Shown one piece after another: positions 39,558 through 54,000 of a DNA stretch of 64,000 bases (position 1 is its first letter; every line of letters begins with the position of its first letter). Source of the stretch: Octopus vulgaris (taxonomy: Eukaryota); NCBI GenBank assembly GCA_951406725.2, contig OX597825.1, positions 18,228,001 through 18,292,000 on the forward strand, given 5' to 3'. The notes below the pieces were generated by a model. That model was given only the letters and a program-made list of their open reading frames with translations, made no database searches and was not told where the DNA came from. The position numbers and the translations under genes are program-made.

Positions 39558-40068
39558 ACACATACACACACACATATATATATATATTAGTGGAAAACTT
39601 ATGCTCAATGTGCTACAGGGTGGGATTCTACCTAAAAGCACACGATTCTTATTTACACAACCATTCTCCTGCCTATCGACACACTTCTTATGTAAATTAA
39701 TAAAATCCCACCCCACCCCAAAAAAAGATACCTGGCCTATATTTTTCTGGAGAGAGAACACCCGACTCTATGCACACAAGGAGATAACAGGTAATATATT
39801 TTATGGCCTCAAAATATATTTCTTCGGTTTCAGAATGTTCAAAAGCAATATTGTCCCCGGCACGATTCGAACTCAGAACTTCAAATACTGGAAGAAAAAA
39901 ATTTAACGCATTGCATATCGATCCTGTTATAATGTCTTGGATTACACTGCGTTATCATTGTTATTAATATTTTAGTATGAATGCTTCTAAGTGCGTTTAG
40001 GTACTTATACATGTATGTACGATGTATAACTATATCTATTTCCCTTTGTGTGTTTGTAAATATATATG

Positions 40069-40121
<53 letters not shown>

Positions 40122-40195
40122 GCATACAGATACAGATAGAAACAGACAGGCACATACACACACACACATACACACACACACACACACACACAAAC

Positions 40196-40230
<35 letters not shown>

Positions 40231-40926
40231 CATTACGTATATACATATAAATGTATGTACCCTGAATAAGAGATAGAGGGTGTAGGATATTGAGAAAGAA
40301 TCTGTCTCAGAAAAAGGATATAAATTATTGTGATACTATATGTGCGCGTATAAGCGTCTTTGTATGTATTACGTAGATAAGAATTATATAAATATACATA
40401 TCTACAAGTGCGTGCGCCCAGATTTGCACATAATGCACAAGCACACACACACACGTACACACACACACGCGAGCACATAGTTAACACGCGCACATGCATA
40501 CACACACATCCATGTGCATAAGTGAGCTCTTGACCTTCCATTATGAGCTTATATTAAGCTAATACAATGTACATTAAGAAAATGAGAAATCCCGTTGTTG
40601 CACTCTATGACGTACGACTAGATTCTATGTTCTTTTTAAGTTCCTTCGCTGGTTATTAATATGTTGTGTGTACCGTAATACATAACTCAGTCAGCTGATT
40701 GTGACTGCGATGCTATCACCGGTATTTCCTGTGGCATACAAATAAAGTAAGAGTTTTTCTTTTTTTCTGTTAGATTCTACAGTTGTGTTATCTGTATTTT
40801 GCAGAATGAGAATCAATTAGGTTGAGATCTGAGACTGTCAGACTAACAACACGATATTTTAAAAATGGCTACATTTTGAGAGGAAATTCGCATTCGCAAA
40901 TGCACTAGTTTCAATAACCTTTTACG

Positions 40927-40999
<73 letters not shown>

Positions 41000-41426
41000 T
41001 TAGGGGAGTTATTGACTACTTCAGAAGACAGGTTGCGTATACAGAGACTTCTTATGATATTTTTGTTACCCTGGTGTTCTCAGGCAAAATCTTAACATGG
41101 TTAAAATCAGTATAGAAAAATTGGCATCCACTAAGTTGATTTGACCTATATATATATATACGAGATCTAGATTTGAAACATATTGAATTACATTCACGCT
41201 GCTACGTTTGACGTATTGTCTAACAGTAAACTGCTACACTAAATCTTGAAAGTAATTTCGATTAAGACAACGATATTATTTTATTACCGTTACGATATTA
41301 ATGATAAAAGCCTGCCTTTTCTTACCCTCTCTTAAAATAAGACGCTATTGTATACTGTCAGGTTAATCAGCCGAGTGATAATGGAAATCACAGAAATGTG
41401 ATGGGCCTTTTTTTTTCCAAGTATGA

Positions 41427-41713
41427 TTTAAAAAACACTAGCACTATGACTCGGCATTTTGATTTGGTTTAAAAAACACTAGCACTATGACTCGGGCATT
41501 TTGATTTGGTTTTGGATAGAAAATTCACAAAAGAGTCACTTCTATTGATTTTTTAATGGCTTTGTGGGGTGACTGGGGAAATGTAAAGATGTGCACGACC
41601 ACCCTTAGATGGTTGTGAATGACGAAAGAAAGTGCGAGCTCTCTAACTAAAAAATTGTGGATTTGTATAAAGGACAAACAAACAAACATTTTGCCGTTTA
41701 TATAGAGAGAGAT
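41427..41713 (-). mobile_element. Non-autonomous Helitron-like element with a duplicated 41-bp 3' terminus
   Basis: Minus strand starts a|tctctctctatataaacggcaaaatgtttgtttgtttgtcc (5' TC) and ends gccgagtcatagtgCTAG|t (CTRR). The terminal unit is repeated at 41427-41467 and 41468-41509. Confidence 0.6.
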
Positions 41714-42927
41714 ATTACAAATGGAAGTACAGAGTAATCGAGAATTTGGTAAATCCGACGTAACTAAGCGCACAAACGCTTACATGTGGTAGATAAATAA
41801 TTAAATTTAATACAGGATAGAATAATCTCTTAGAAATTTCTACAAAATATTTTCGGTCTAATATTTGAAAGTTGATTTCTTTTTACCTGATTTGCAAGTT
41901 TACAAACAGGATTTAATAAGATCTCGATGGCGTGATGCAAATTGAATTAGCTTCCAAAGGCATAATGTATAGTATATTTGAACGTGGTGTAGGAACTGTA
42001 TTTAGCTGTGCAAATCTCTCGCTCCAAATTCCACGATTGTTATATACTACGGCATAAATAATATCACAAGGTATCTTCTTACTTATTCACTCTCTGAGAT
42101 CTCTTATATGTTTTCTGCTTCATAGCGACGATATCATGGGTGTTGGAAACTTGATAATTTACTTCGTTTATACTCAAGAGTACTCTCTCTCCCTAACACA
42201 CACACACACACTCCCTTTTCTATCTCTCTGCCTCTCTCTTTCTCTCTGTCACACGGTATATGTGTACACATGTATAAATGTATACACCCATGCACACACA
42301 TACACACACAAACACATATATATATACGCATGCGCGCCCAAGCATTTGTATACATGCATACAGACACCCACATTGTGTGTGTGTGTGTGTTTGATGGAGA
42401 GAGAGAGAGAAAGGGAAAGAGAGAGAGAGACGTGTATGTATGTGTAACACAATACACGTTAGCTCATAAAGCACGGAAGATATGATTTAATTAAACTACA
42501 GAGTAATTTAATATTTAATTGCGGCTGAAACTTCACAATTACGAGTGTTGAGTTTCACTTCTTGAGTTCCCTCAGAATTCCAATTAACAGTGTACATACT
42601 TATATAAACATATATAATTTGTTGTATTGCAGAAATATAATAAAATATTTTAAAATATTTCCGTAACGCCATTTGATAGCGGTTCCTTATATAGTGTTAT
42701 ATATGAGTTCATAAAACTTGAATAAAATACGGTCTCACATTGAAAGTTAAAGGAATATATAAACGACTTCAGTAAAATTTGTGAAAGTGTGTTTATTACC
42801 AGGTATGTATGTAGGGAAATAAGAGAAAAGCATACATGCCTTGAAGGTCTTATACCTATCTCGCTTCGTAAAATGTTAATATAATACTGTGATTCTCCAC
42901 CGGGATTCATATGATCTGTTAGGGGTC

Positions 42928-43356
42928 TCTTTTGCTCTTTTACTCTTTTCCTTGTTTCAGTCATGTGACTGTGGCCATGCTGCAGCACCGCATTTCTTCG
43001 AGCAAATCGACCACAGGACTTATTCTTTATAAGCCTAGTACTTATTCTATCGGTCTCTTTTGCCGAACCGCTAATTTACGTGGTCGTAAACAAGCCATCA
43101 TCACTTGTCAAGTGATGTTGGGAGTACAAACACAGACACACAAGCATATACACACACATACATACACACACAACACACATATATATATATAAATATGATG
43201 GACTTCTTTCAGTTTCCGCCTACCAAATCCACTGACAAGCGTTGGTCGGCCCGAGGCTATAGTAGAAGACACTTGCCCAAGGTGGCACACAATGGGACTG
43301 AACCCAGAACCATCTGGTTCGTATGTAAGCTACTTACTACACAGCCACACTACGCC
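42928..43356 (-). mobile_element. SINE family A, full length
   Basis: Reverse-complement match to 37129-37557 along its whole length. Confidence 0.9.
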
Positions 43357-44687
43357 TATATAAGATTTATGAAGTCCACATGCAAAATAGTAAATAGGGC
43401 CCAAATTATTATTTCAGTGGTCCATCAAATAAATTTTCTTTAGATATATTTATTGCAAGTAACAGCTAGGTTCCTTTCTCCAATGTTTTACATAGTTCAA
43501 CCTACACACATTAACGTGTGAAAAATAAAATTGCACTTTTGAAACAAGTATCTATAAAGCTATTTTTTAAACAGCAAATGACTAGCGGCGTGCATGACTA
43601 CAAAAGACTAAAAAATATATAGGGTCTTTGTAATGAATAAATAAATATGTATATTCTGTGCATCTTCTTTGATACTCTAAGACTTATATCAAAATTTCTC
43701 ACCCCTCCTCATGGCTTATGATTTATATAGAAGTGATTATCACATGTAATGTAACTATTTCGAGTGTACCACAAATATTCGTAAATTATTACCCAGATAT
43801 ATATCTCAAAGCATATTTAACACCAAGTTTATAAATCAGCTGTGCTCTCACTTACAGCTCCGTTATATCTTTGTCTAATACCCGTAACAAAACACCCAAC
43901 TTTCTCATAATCCTAATTCCATTCAAGTGTACAATTGTATACAACCTGAAAATAATTATCGCTTATTCTAAATTTATATTTAATACATTACAGTTAACAT
44001 ATACATTTTTTTCTCATAAAAGGATTGTTCCATAACTCGATCAAATATACAATGATTATAAAAGATTTCATGTACAGTTTGGCTCACAATCTTATATTTA
44101 TTGATAAGGAAGCTTTTCTTAAATACATTATATTATATATTCACAAGATTTCTTTCTCTTTTCACTTATTTAATTATTTTCACCATCCTATCTCTTCCTT
44201 TGTCCTTTCTTCGAATCTAATTGTATTTGTATTTTTACATTTTCAATTGCTTACATCACTGATATACTAATGTTTGAGAAAACTGTTACAAAATTACCCG
44301 CCCCACTCTTTTAGATATGTTTTGCTTTCCAACTGTGTTTTTATTCTTCTACGTTCTGTTACACATTATTTCAATGTGTGTTTTAAAATTTACAATTTTT
44401 TATTCTATACATTCAAATTTTTCTCACAATATCGAATGCTAATAATATATGAATCGCATAACAAATGAAATTAGACGTTCTTTTTTACAAATACGAACGG
44501 TACATGAATTCATATGTATGCAAACGTTTATTTCTTGATAAATTATAGCATAACTACTTGTGAAATCAGAGCAAGTATAGATTGTGGAGGACTGTGTGTA
44601 TGCATGTATGTAATCGAGTAAGTTATACGACCCTGAAGTATTCTGGTTTAACTAACTGGAAGCAGTGATGCTGCAATTTGAAAAATG

Positions 44688-44778
44688 TTGTGGCTGTGTA
44701 GTAAGTAGCTTCCTTACGAACCACATGGTTCCGGGTTCAGTCCCACTGCGTGCCACCTTTGGCAAATGTCTTCTACTG
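44688..44778 (+). mobile_element. SINE family A head, truncated
   Basis: gtggctgtgtagtaagtagcttcc...gggttcagtcccactgcgtgccacctttggcaaatgtcttctact. Confidence 0.8.
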
Positions 44779-44951
44779 GCGGTTGCACTGGCGCGAAAGC
44801 TACGTTGTTATTCTCATTCCATAAACGGTGTTTTTTATGGGTGTAGAGATGAACCATCCTGTAGTACAGAGGATTCGCAATCTAGACTATTGTCTGAAAG
44901 TTTACCACACCATAGTGGGTTACACCATGGTTCCTCTGCTTTGTGGCATAA

Positions 44952-45580
44952 GTAGGAAGAAAGAGTGAGAGAAAGTCGTGCTAAAATAGTACAGCAGGGT
45001 TCAATCTCCCCCACGGGAGCCTCGTACACTTAGGTGCTTTTGCTCAATAAACACTCACAATGCCCCGTCTGGGAAACGAAACCACGTTCTTACGACCGCG
45101 GGTCCCATGCCCTAACCACTGGACCATTGCGCCTCCACATTGTTGATGTTGGATTGCTACTCCTGTTTGGTGATGTTGCTGTGGAGCAAACGGTCTTCAT
45201 CCCAGACCTCGCAAGATGGGAGAAGTCCGAAACGTGGTCCCTTGCTATTCGTAAGACCCACAGAAGAGAAAGCAGGTCAACCCCCGACACCGAGAGCATC
45301 GACGAATGGCTGACTGTCGCATCCAGGCTCAGCTGTTGCGTAGGAAGTCGGGGACAAGAAACAGGAAGAAAGAGTGAGAGAAAGTTGGGGCGAAAGAGTA
45401 CAACAGGGGTCGCCACAACCCCACACCGGAGCCTCGTGGAGCTTAGGTGTTTTTACTCAATAAACCCTTATAATGCCCGTTCTGGGAAACGAAACTGCGT
45501 TGTTACGACCGCGAGTCCGCTGCCCTAACCACTGGGCCATTGCGCCTCCACATTGTTGATGTTGGATTGCTGCTGCTCTT
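44952..45580 (-). mobile_element. Two SINE family C heads in direct repeat with a duplicated flank
   Basis: Copies 44952-45138 and 45345-45551 are both followed by cattgttgatgttggattgct. Confidence 0.85.
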
Positions 45581-45999
45581 GTGGTTATTGGCAGCAACAT
45601 CAGCATCAGTGACGGAAGCTCTGCTGTCATAGACGTGTACGTTGTTTACGCTACCACACATATTAACGTTCTGTCGGTAGCTGTTGAAGTCGTTTTAATT
45701 AAATGTAATGTTAATAAAATGTTAGCAGTAACTCTTACATAATTATTCCTATTTCTTCCGTTCGCATTTGCTCTTGTGTTTGATGTTGTTGCTTGCAGCT
45801 TGTTCGTTACATTGTTTTCATTATAATTTTTTTTTACGAATGTTTGTCTTTTTTTTTGCTCTTTATTTTGGTGTGATATTATAGTTTCTTTTTTCTTTTA
45901 ATGTTTGTTTGTTCTTTTATTCTTAAGGTTCTTAGATTTTATTGCAGCTATTCAGAAATTTGAAGATAATTTCCAGAATGATGCTGTTTGTATTATGTT

Positions 46000-46400
46000 T
46001 ATGACGATGGTGGTGGTTAAGATGATGACAACGAGAAGGAAAATGAGGACGACAGACACGTTGACAATGACAACGATGGTATCGACGAAAGAAAAGTTGA
46101 AAAGTAGGATGAAAACAACGATGACATAAGAGCCACGACGATGATGCGGAAGAGGAGAAGGAGAAAGAGGAGGAGGATGAGGAAGGAAGGAGTAGTAGGA
46201 GAAGAAGCAATACAAAAAGGAGAACAATGACAACCACCTCTGCAACGACGTTGACGATAATAGTGATGTTAATGGTGGTGGTGGTGGTGGTGGTGGTTGT
46301 GGTGGTAGTGATGGTTTTGGTGGTGGTGGTGGTTGTGGAAGTGGTGGTGGTTCATGTGGTGGTTGTGGTGGTGATGGTGGTTCATGTGGTGGTGGTTGTT
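46000..46400. repeat. Degenerate trinucleotide (GAC/GAG/GTG)n low-complexity tract
   Basis: Direct reading. Confidence 0.8.
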
Positions 46401-46554
46401 TCGGCAGTGAAATCTTTCATTGTGGTATTATGTCATCACAAACGTTGAGGAAGATAATGGCGATAATGAAGCCGTTTGTTGGTGATCTGTACGAAGAAGA
46501 TAAATTATTTTTACTATTAATATTACTATTACATGCAAGATTATTGAGATATTG

Positions 46555-46890
46555 GCCAAAATGCTCAGCAGCAATTCTTCTGGCACATTGCGATTTCAGT
46601 TCAAAACCGTGCAAAAAAGCGAGTGGAACATTGCCTTTCATTCTTTTAGAGGTCGAAAAATAAAGTTCCTTTGAAGTACTGGATTCCATGAAATCAATTT
46701 GTTCCTACCCCTTTTCAAATCGTCGGTACACTGGACGAAATGCTTAACGGTATCTCGCTCATCGCTACGTTCTGACTTCAAATTCCGCTCAGATCGGCTT
46801 TACCTTTCATCCTTTCAGGATCGATAAATAAACTACCAGATAAACACTGGGTTCGAGTAGTCGACTAGTGCCCTCCTCCAAATTTAAGGA
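46555..46890 (+). mobile_element. SINE family B, two degenerate copies
   Basis: tgcctttcattcttttagaggtcga (about 46632) and gacttcaaattccgctcagatcggctttacctttcatcctttcaggatcga (about 46774). Confidence 0.7.
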
Positions 46891-46933
46891 CTAGTGACTA
46901 TAGTAAAAAGTCTTCTTCTTCTTCTTCTTCTTC

Positions 46934-46992
<59 letters not shown>

Positions 46993-47364
46993 TCGAGTGA
47001 GGGAGATGCGTACGTCATCCGAGTTAGAATTTTCTTCACATCGATTTGCCCATTCCGCTCAAAAAGTAGCTGAATGTGGTTTGTTTAAATATGATTTCCC
47101 GAGGTAAATGGTGCATCCCCACCTAAATTTTTTCTCATCACATGGCTATGTTTTCCCCCACTACTTCAGCTCATGATCAGACATGCACATAGCTTCACCC
47201 ACTAAGGGATATACTCAACTGGTTAAAGGTCAGACAACTAACAAGCAAACCAGTTGTACTGTAGCCCATCTATTATACCAAGACAAAACAATGTACATGA
47301 TAACACATCCAATCAGTTAAGATGAGAAGTCATGAGAGCTACTGCTTTGTACCGAATTAGGTTA

Positions 47365-47997
<633 letters not shown>

Positions 47998-48463
47998 ACC
48001 TTGTTTATATCACCCTCCCACCACAAGTAACACCTTTTTAGTTCTATACTTCAACGGACAAATAATAAATTCGTCTAAGCTATTTTCTTTTTCATTTCAT
48101 TAGGATTTCCAATACACATTTATTCTATTTTACATATTTTTATTAGCAGCACTTTATATTTTATATGAGGTTTCTTTCTTTCTTTCTAATTTTTTTTCTC
48201 GTTTTATGCTTCTTGCATTAATTTATATGTGTATGTATGTGTGTGTGTATAAATATCTGTAATTCGTACATATTTAAGAAAAATATGTATAAAACAATAA
48301 AAATTAAATAGCAACATTGCGAATATAAAACAGAAAGAGTCACCATATAATACTTTTATAAATTATTATATTTTTTTTTTTTAGTTTGTTTGCGAACGAT
48401 TTTTATTCGTTTTTTTTTTTTTCGATTTTTGTTCGAATTTTTGTGAAGACAAGTTATTCACTG

Positions 48464-48510
48464 AAAATGGCGGCTCGCCTAATAGGAAAATTTGCATGCC
48501 ATAAATTAGA
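48464..48510. promoter_or_regulatory. Candidate cis-regulatory cluster (YY1, octamer and Abd-B/Cdx-type motifs)
   Basis: AAAATGGCGGC (48464-74), ATTTGCAT (48490-97) and CCATAAA (48499-505) within 45 bp of non-repetitive DNA. Confidence 0.3.
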
Positions 48511-49165
48511 AAAGGTTTTCTAATCAACTATTCGCAGATAAGATTTGCAAAAATTGCATGAAAAAATAAAAGAGGAAAGACAAGCGTCGAATAGAATTTA
48601 CAAATTCAATCCAACACACGTCGTTACATACGTACTAGGAGCATGCCCTTGTCACTGTATTACACCAATATATCAGCTCTCTCCTTTAATATAATGGTAC
48701 GCATGCGCCATGTTACAAATAAAATACATTTGTTTCAAACTCGAGCAATGGAATGTACAAATATAAATGTATGCGAAAACATATGTAGGTGCAGATATGA
48801 CTGCGAGGTTAAAAATCTTGCTTTCCAATCACGTGGTTTAGTGTCCGTCTCCTACCGCACGGTACCTTCTGGAGCTTCTACCAGAGCTTCATTGTAAGTG
48901 AATTTGGCTGGCAGAAACTCTGTAGAATCCCATGGTATATATATATATATATTTCGATGTATCTATGTGTGCGAATGTGTGCGTGTATGTAGGTATATAT
49001 GTATAATTTTTGTGTAAGAGACCGATAGCCAGATTAAAAGAGAAACATATACTGCATTAATTTGCTTGGCTAATCCCTTCGAAGCAGTGCCACACCATTG
49101 GTGATATCTAGTGATTAACACTAGTAAAACTATTTCATTAATACAGAAAAAAAACACGCAAACAC

Positions 49166-49221
<56 letters not shown>

Positions 49222-49289
49222 GTGTGTGTGTGTATACACACACATACACACACCACACATATATATATATATTTTTTGATTTTTTTCTT

Positions 49290-49481
49290 TTCAAGCCTAA
49301 CTAGGCTCATGGGCCCGGTTTCCCGGTTTCTGTGGCGTATGTGTTCCCCCCAGCTGGACGGGACACCAGTCCATCGCAGGGTTACTCAAGAACCAGGAAC
49401 AAAGAGTGAGAGAAAGTTGGAGCGAAAAAGCGCAAGAAGGGTCGCCACTACCCACTGCCGGAGCCTCGTGGTGCTTTAGAT

Positions 49482-49482
<1 letters not shown>
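49290..49482 (-). mobile_element. SINE family C, 3' part
   Basis: aggctcatgggcccggtttcccggtttc...ctggacgggacaccagtccatcgcagg...gagcctcgtggtgctttagatgttt. Confidence 0.85.
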
Positions 49483-49548
<66 letters not shown>

Positions 49549-50179
49549 TATATATACAGAGAGCGAGAGAGAGAGAGAGAGAGGCAGAGAGACGGAGACA
49601 GGGAGAGAAGGGAGTGAATTCAGAATGAAAATTCTTTTGATATCTGAAAGGTGTGGTAAAACTCTGATGTATGAAAATTCTGTCGAAACAAATCAATATT
49701 TATCAGTTCATCTAATTGAGCACTACGATATTTTTACAACTAAATCTGCTCACTTCGAACATAGCTTTCAAATACATAATTGTACAGTTTGCATTATTCA
49801 TGTTTCAAGTATAGACGGATGGTTCAAATATTTGTTTTGCAGCTACGCGATATGTACTCTATTTCAATGCATGTCATCATAGACGATGCAATTTTTATAT
49901 AGCTACGAGTCGACCTAGATCCTGTGAATGCAATTGGATAGCCAGACAATATATAGAAGCTTGTCGAATAGTTCGTACCTCTCAGTGAAATGTACAGACC
50001 TGTCACACTTTCTCGTGGTGATTCTGTCAGTGAATAGCGCTAATGGTACACATTACTGGAATTTCCATAGACGTTAGTTCAGGGGCACGCAAAGCAGTTG
50101 ATCGAACGACTCCATATTCATCACCGAACGCCGGAGAAATACCACAATGCATATATATACGTACATAGAAACCTACATG

Positions 50180-50325
<146 letters not shown>

Positions 50326-52939
50326 AGAGAGAGGTAGATATAGATATATATATATAGAGAGAGAGAGATAGATATACATATTTATATGTCTTTATGAATA
50401 TATATATGTATATATATGTGTTTGCGTATATAAATATATACATAGATAGGTGTACGTGTGTGTGTGTGTCTGTGTATATCTGTGTATGTGTGTGTGTATG
50501 TGTTGATGTCAGCACTTATCTTTATCGAAAGCGTGTTTGACTTAATATTTACATCCTATATCTACATTCCATACGTATATGCACGTACATATAGAGAAAG
50601 TGGAGTTACTAATACAGGAAATGATGAATACACCTTTCGTAAGAAAAATAAAACAAATTCTAAATCAAATTGTAGCATTCATCAAACATGGCTGAATCTT
50701 CCTCACGTCATAAACCAAAATGGCCGTTCAAATACTCAAACATATTTACGCTTACGTCTTCCATAGTCTTACGACAAATTCTATCAGCAGGTTATTGTTA
50801 TCAAACATTTTTTTTGGTTCTGAATCCCTTTTTAAACCAAATTAATATATTTCGCTTATTAGAGGCAAAACCCTGAACATTGTTGTAAAAGTGTTCTAGT
50901 ACAGCATTACATAGGCAACACGATAACGACAGACTGAATAGAGTTGTAACGGCGATGTGTTTGCAATAGGTGTACACTGATTATTACAGACGATAGCTGC
51001 ATTTGTAACGCTGAAAGTGGAGGTAGTATCGGCGGCGGTGACGATAATCTTGGTAATGGTGGTGGTGGTAGTGCTTGCGAAATAGCATTTTGTTGATGAG
51101 TTGAGGCGAGACTGGTTTTGAATATTCGGTTACTGTCGGTACATATATTGTTGTATATGAGTATGTAATGTTCCATACATACATAAACACATGCATACAT
51201 ACATTCACACATACATACATATATGTGCGTATGTGTGTGTGTGTGTGTGTGTGTATTAGTAGATATGTATATACACTGTGTGTGGGTGCTTATATGTACG
51301 TATTATATAATCGATAATTTTGTGTTTTATTTTCATGAAATTTTGCAGTCTTTTGTCATATTTACATTCAGTGCAGTCTTATCCTGGAAATAATCAAATT
51401 TAATTATATCAGAATTAATGCCAATATATACTTAAAATGAAAATCAATACTGAATTCATACACGTCTTTTCAATATTTTTGACTGTGTGGTGAATGATAT
51501 ATGGCGTTATTCAATAAAAGCCTCAATTTGTTCGATTTTTTTCATTTGAAATCGTTTCATTTATTCCATCACAACATTGAAATGGTAGCAAGTATGCAAG
51601 TACGTATCCCCGTCGGTTTTTACATATTATTTTCTAAAGAAGGAAAAAGTCTTCCTCTAATATATTTGTTTACCTACGCGTAGTTTCCTCATATATTTTC
51701 ACATTCAGTCACTAAATTCATATACCTGCAGCGTGGCTCATTAGATATTCAAATACGTATTAATGCTATCAATTACGGAGTTGCTATGGTCATATATATT
51801 ACATATTTGTTATGTTCACATAAATTAAATTATATTTGACCATAGTCATACATATAGTTGCATAAATTACTATTCGATTCGATATTTTCGCTTCGTGTAG
51901 AAGCATTTACGTCGGTAAAATCAATGAGTTTCATTATATACTTCATATTAATTTTTGACATATTTTTCGCTATTTTAAACTTTTATCTGTAGAGCGAGAC
52001 TGAGGTCTTATATTTAGTGCTGATAAAATCCTTTCAAAAGTTCCCAATAGCATTTGTCCAAGAATCTGAATCACAGAATATCTTTAACTCGTCTCTAAGC
52101 CACAGCAATCAATATTGTCTATAGCCAGAAACGTTGTTTACGAGAATGAGGAATGAATTATTCCATGATTTATATAAAGTAGAACTTTCAACCATATCGA
52201 GATATGATTGTCAAAACTATAAAGTAAATTATACTTCGATGTAATTAAAAATTGAAAGAAAAACTACATAGTAATCTCTACGTGGATACGTTAGCACCGA
52301 AATAATTATCAACATGTCGGCTTCAAATTTTGTATCGGATAACACAGAGTTTAACAGAGTTAATGAGTCGGTCTGGTCTAACGTATTCGATGTTGTATTT
52401 AACTTATGTTGCTAATATTTATAACAAAGCGTAAATATCATAGACACACAACATTCCTTTTAAAACTTAACCTACCTTATGGCGACGAATTATGTAAAAA
52501 TTTAGTTTACGTCCACACTAGTAGCAAAATAGGTATAACAAAAAAAAAAGAGAAAGACGGAGAGAACTTTAGTTGATAGTAATAGAACAGATCGATAGCT
52601 CTTAGAACTAAACATTAGATTGACGCAGTATGCTTTCAAATAAAATAGTATTTTTGAATAAATCAAACCAGCGTTTCACTGTGTTTCAAGCCGAAGCAAT
52701 AAACGACGAGATAGCATGAAACAGTGACTATTTCCAATGCCGCATATATAAACTAATTGTGTCCCCTTTTGTTGGTCAGAAGACATTGATTTTATTTTAA
52801 CCTCTAGTTCACTTCCTAGCTATAGGAAATCCTGCAGACATTAGAGGCAATAAAGAGTGAATTATTATTGTTATATGTGTCTGAATGAACCTGGACTTAC
52901 AGTATCATACAGTCACGCACAGACATACATAGAAAAATG

Positions 52940-52990
<51 letters not shown>

Positions 52991-53819
52991 TATATATATA
53001 TTATATATAATATATATGACAGTATGTATATATATGACAATATGTGTACATGTGTGTGTATGTATGTGTGCGCGTTTGTCTGAATGCGTATATATACATT
53101 TATAGATACCTACATATGTATGTATGCTTATGTAAACGAGACTATATACAGAACTGTATACATGTGTCATTGTCTCCCATACTGTCCTCCACATTCTATC
53201 ACCCCCCATATATATTTTATATATATATATTATATATATACACATATATATATAAATATATACATACATCTATGCATATATATATATAGATATACATATA
53301 TATGTATGTATGTATGAATATTCTGTCCTGTACATATTTACACCTGTATGTAGACATGTCGTGTGAATATGTGCTTATATATGTGTATACCTGAACGTAT
53401 GCATAGCTGTATAGTGTTATTGTACTTAATGATAACATTCTGTTTTAGGTCATTAATTACTAGAAATTCGAGGTTTGAATGAATATGTCCTATCCAAATT
53501 TATGATTAAAAATATCATCAAATAATATATAATCTTTGGTTTTATCCCAGCCACAAAGAAGTGAGTTTCTCTATTGTTACATCAAAGAAGTTATTGAAAT
53601 TTCAAGAATTCCAATATTTCAGTCAAGATTTTAAAAATCGATTGCGAATCTGTTTATTAGTTGATGTGGTTGTAAATACTAATATAAAAATGTAATGCTA
53701 AACCGACTTGGTAGTCAGTGAATATATTGTACTATTCTTCTTATTCCCGATGCAGTGGAGTGTTAGCAAGAGTACAGAAGCAGACAAAACGTGAAAATAT
53801 TAAATTACTTTTTTCATTC

Positions 53820-54000
53820 TTGCTTTCATTGAACGATTGTCGTAGGGCCTGAAGTTTTTTTATAGAGAAGGGCTATTGACGCAATCGACTAACCAGTGCT
53901 AGATTGGTACTGTATTTTATCGACCGCGAAAGAATGAAAGCCATAGTAAAATGAAAGGCTAACGATTGTGCTAACGATTCTGCTAGCTCATCGCCTTCCT
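53820..54000 (-). mobile_element. SINE family B, degenerate
   Basis: tggtactgtattttatcgaccgcgaaagaatgaaag ... gctaacgattctgctagctcatcgcc. Confidence 0.65.

Noticed and set aside
41427-41509. Short direct repeats (also 60112-60150, 63228-63267) as CRISPR-like arrays
   Set aside because: Only two adjacent units with no spacers, in a eukaryotic context; simple tandem duplications.
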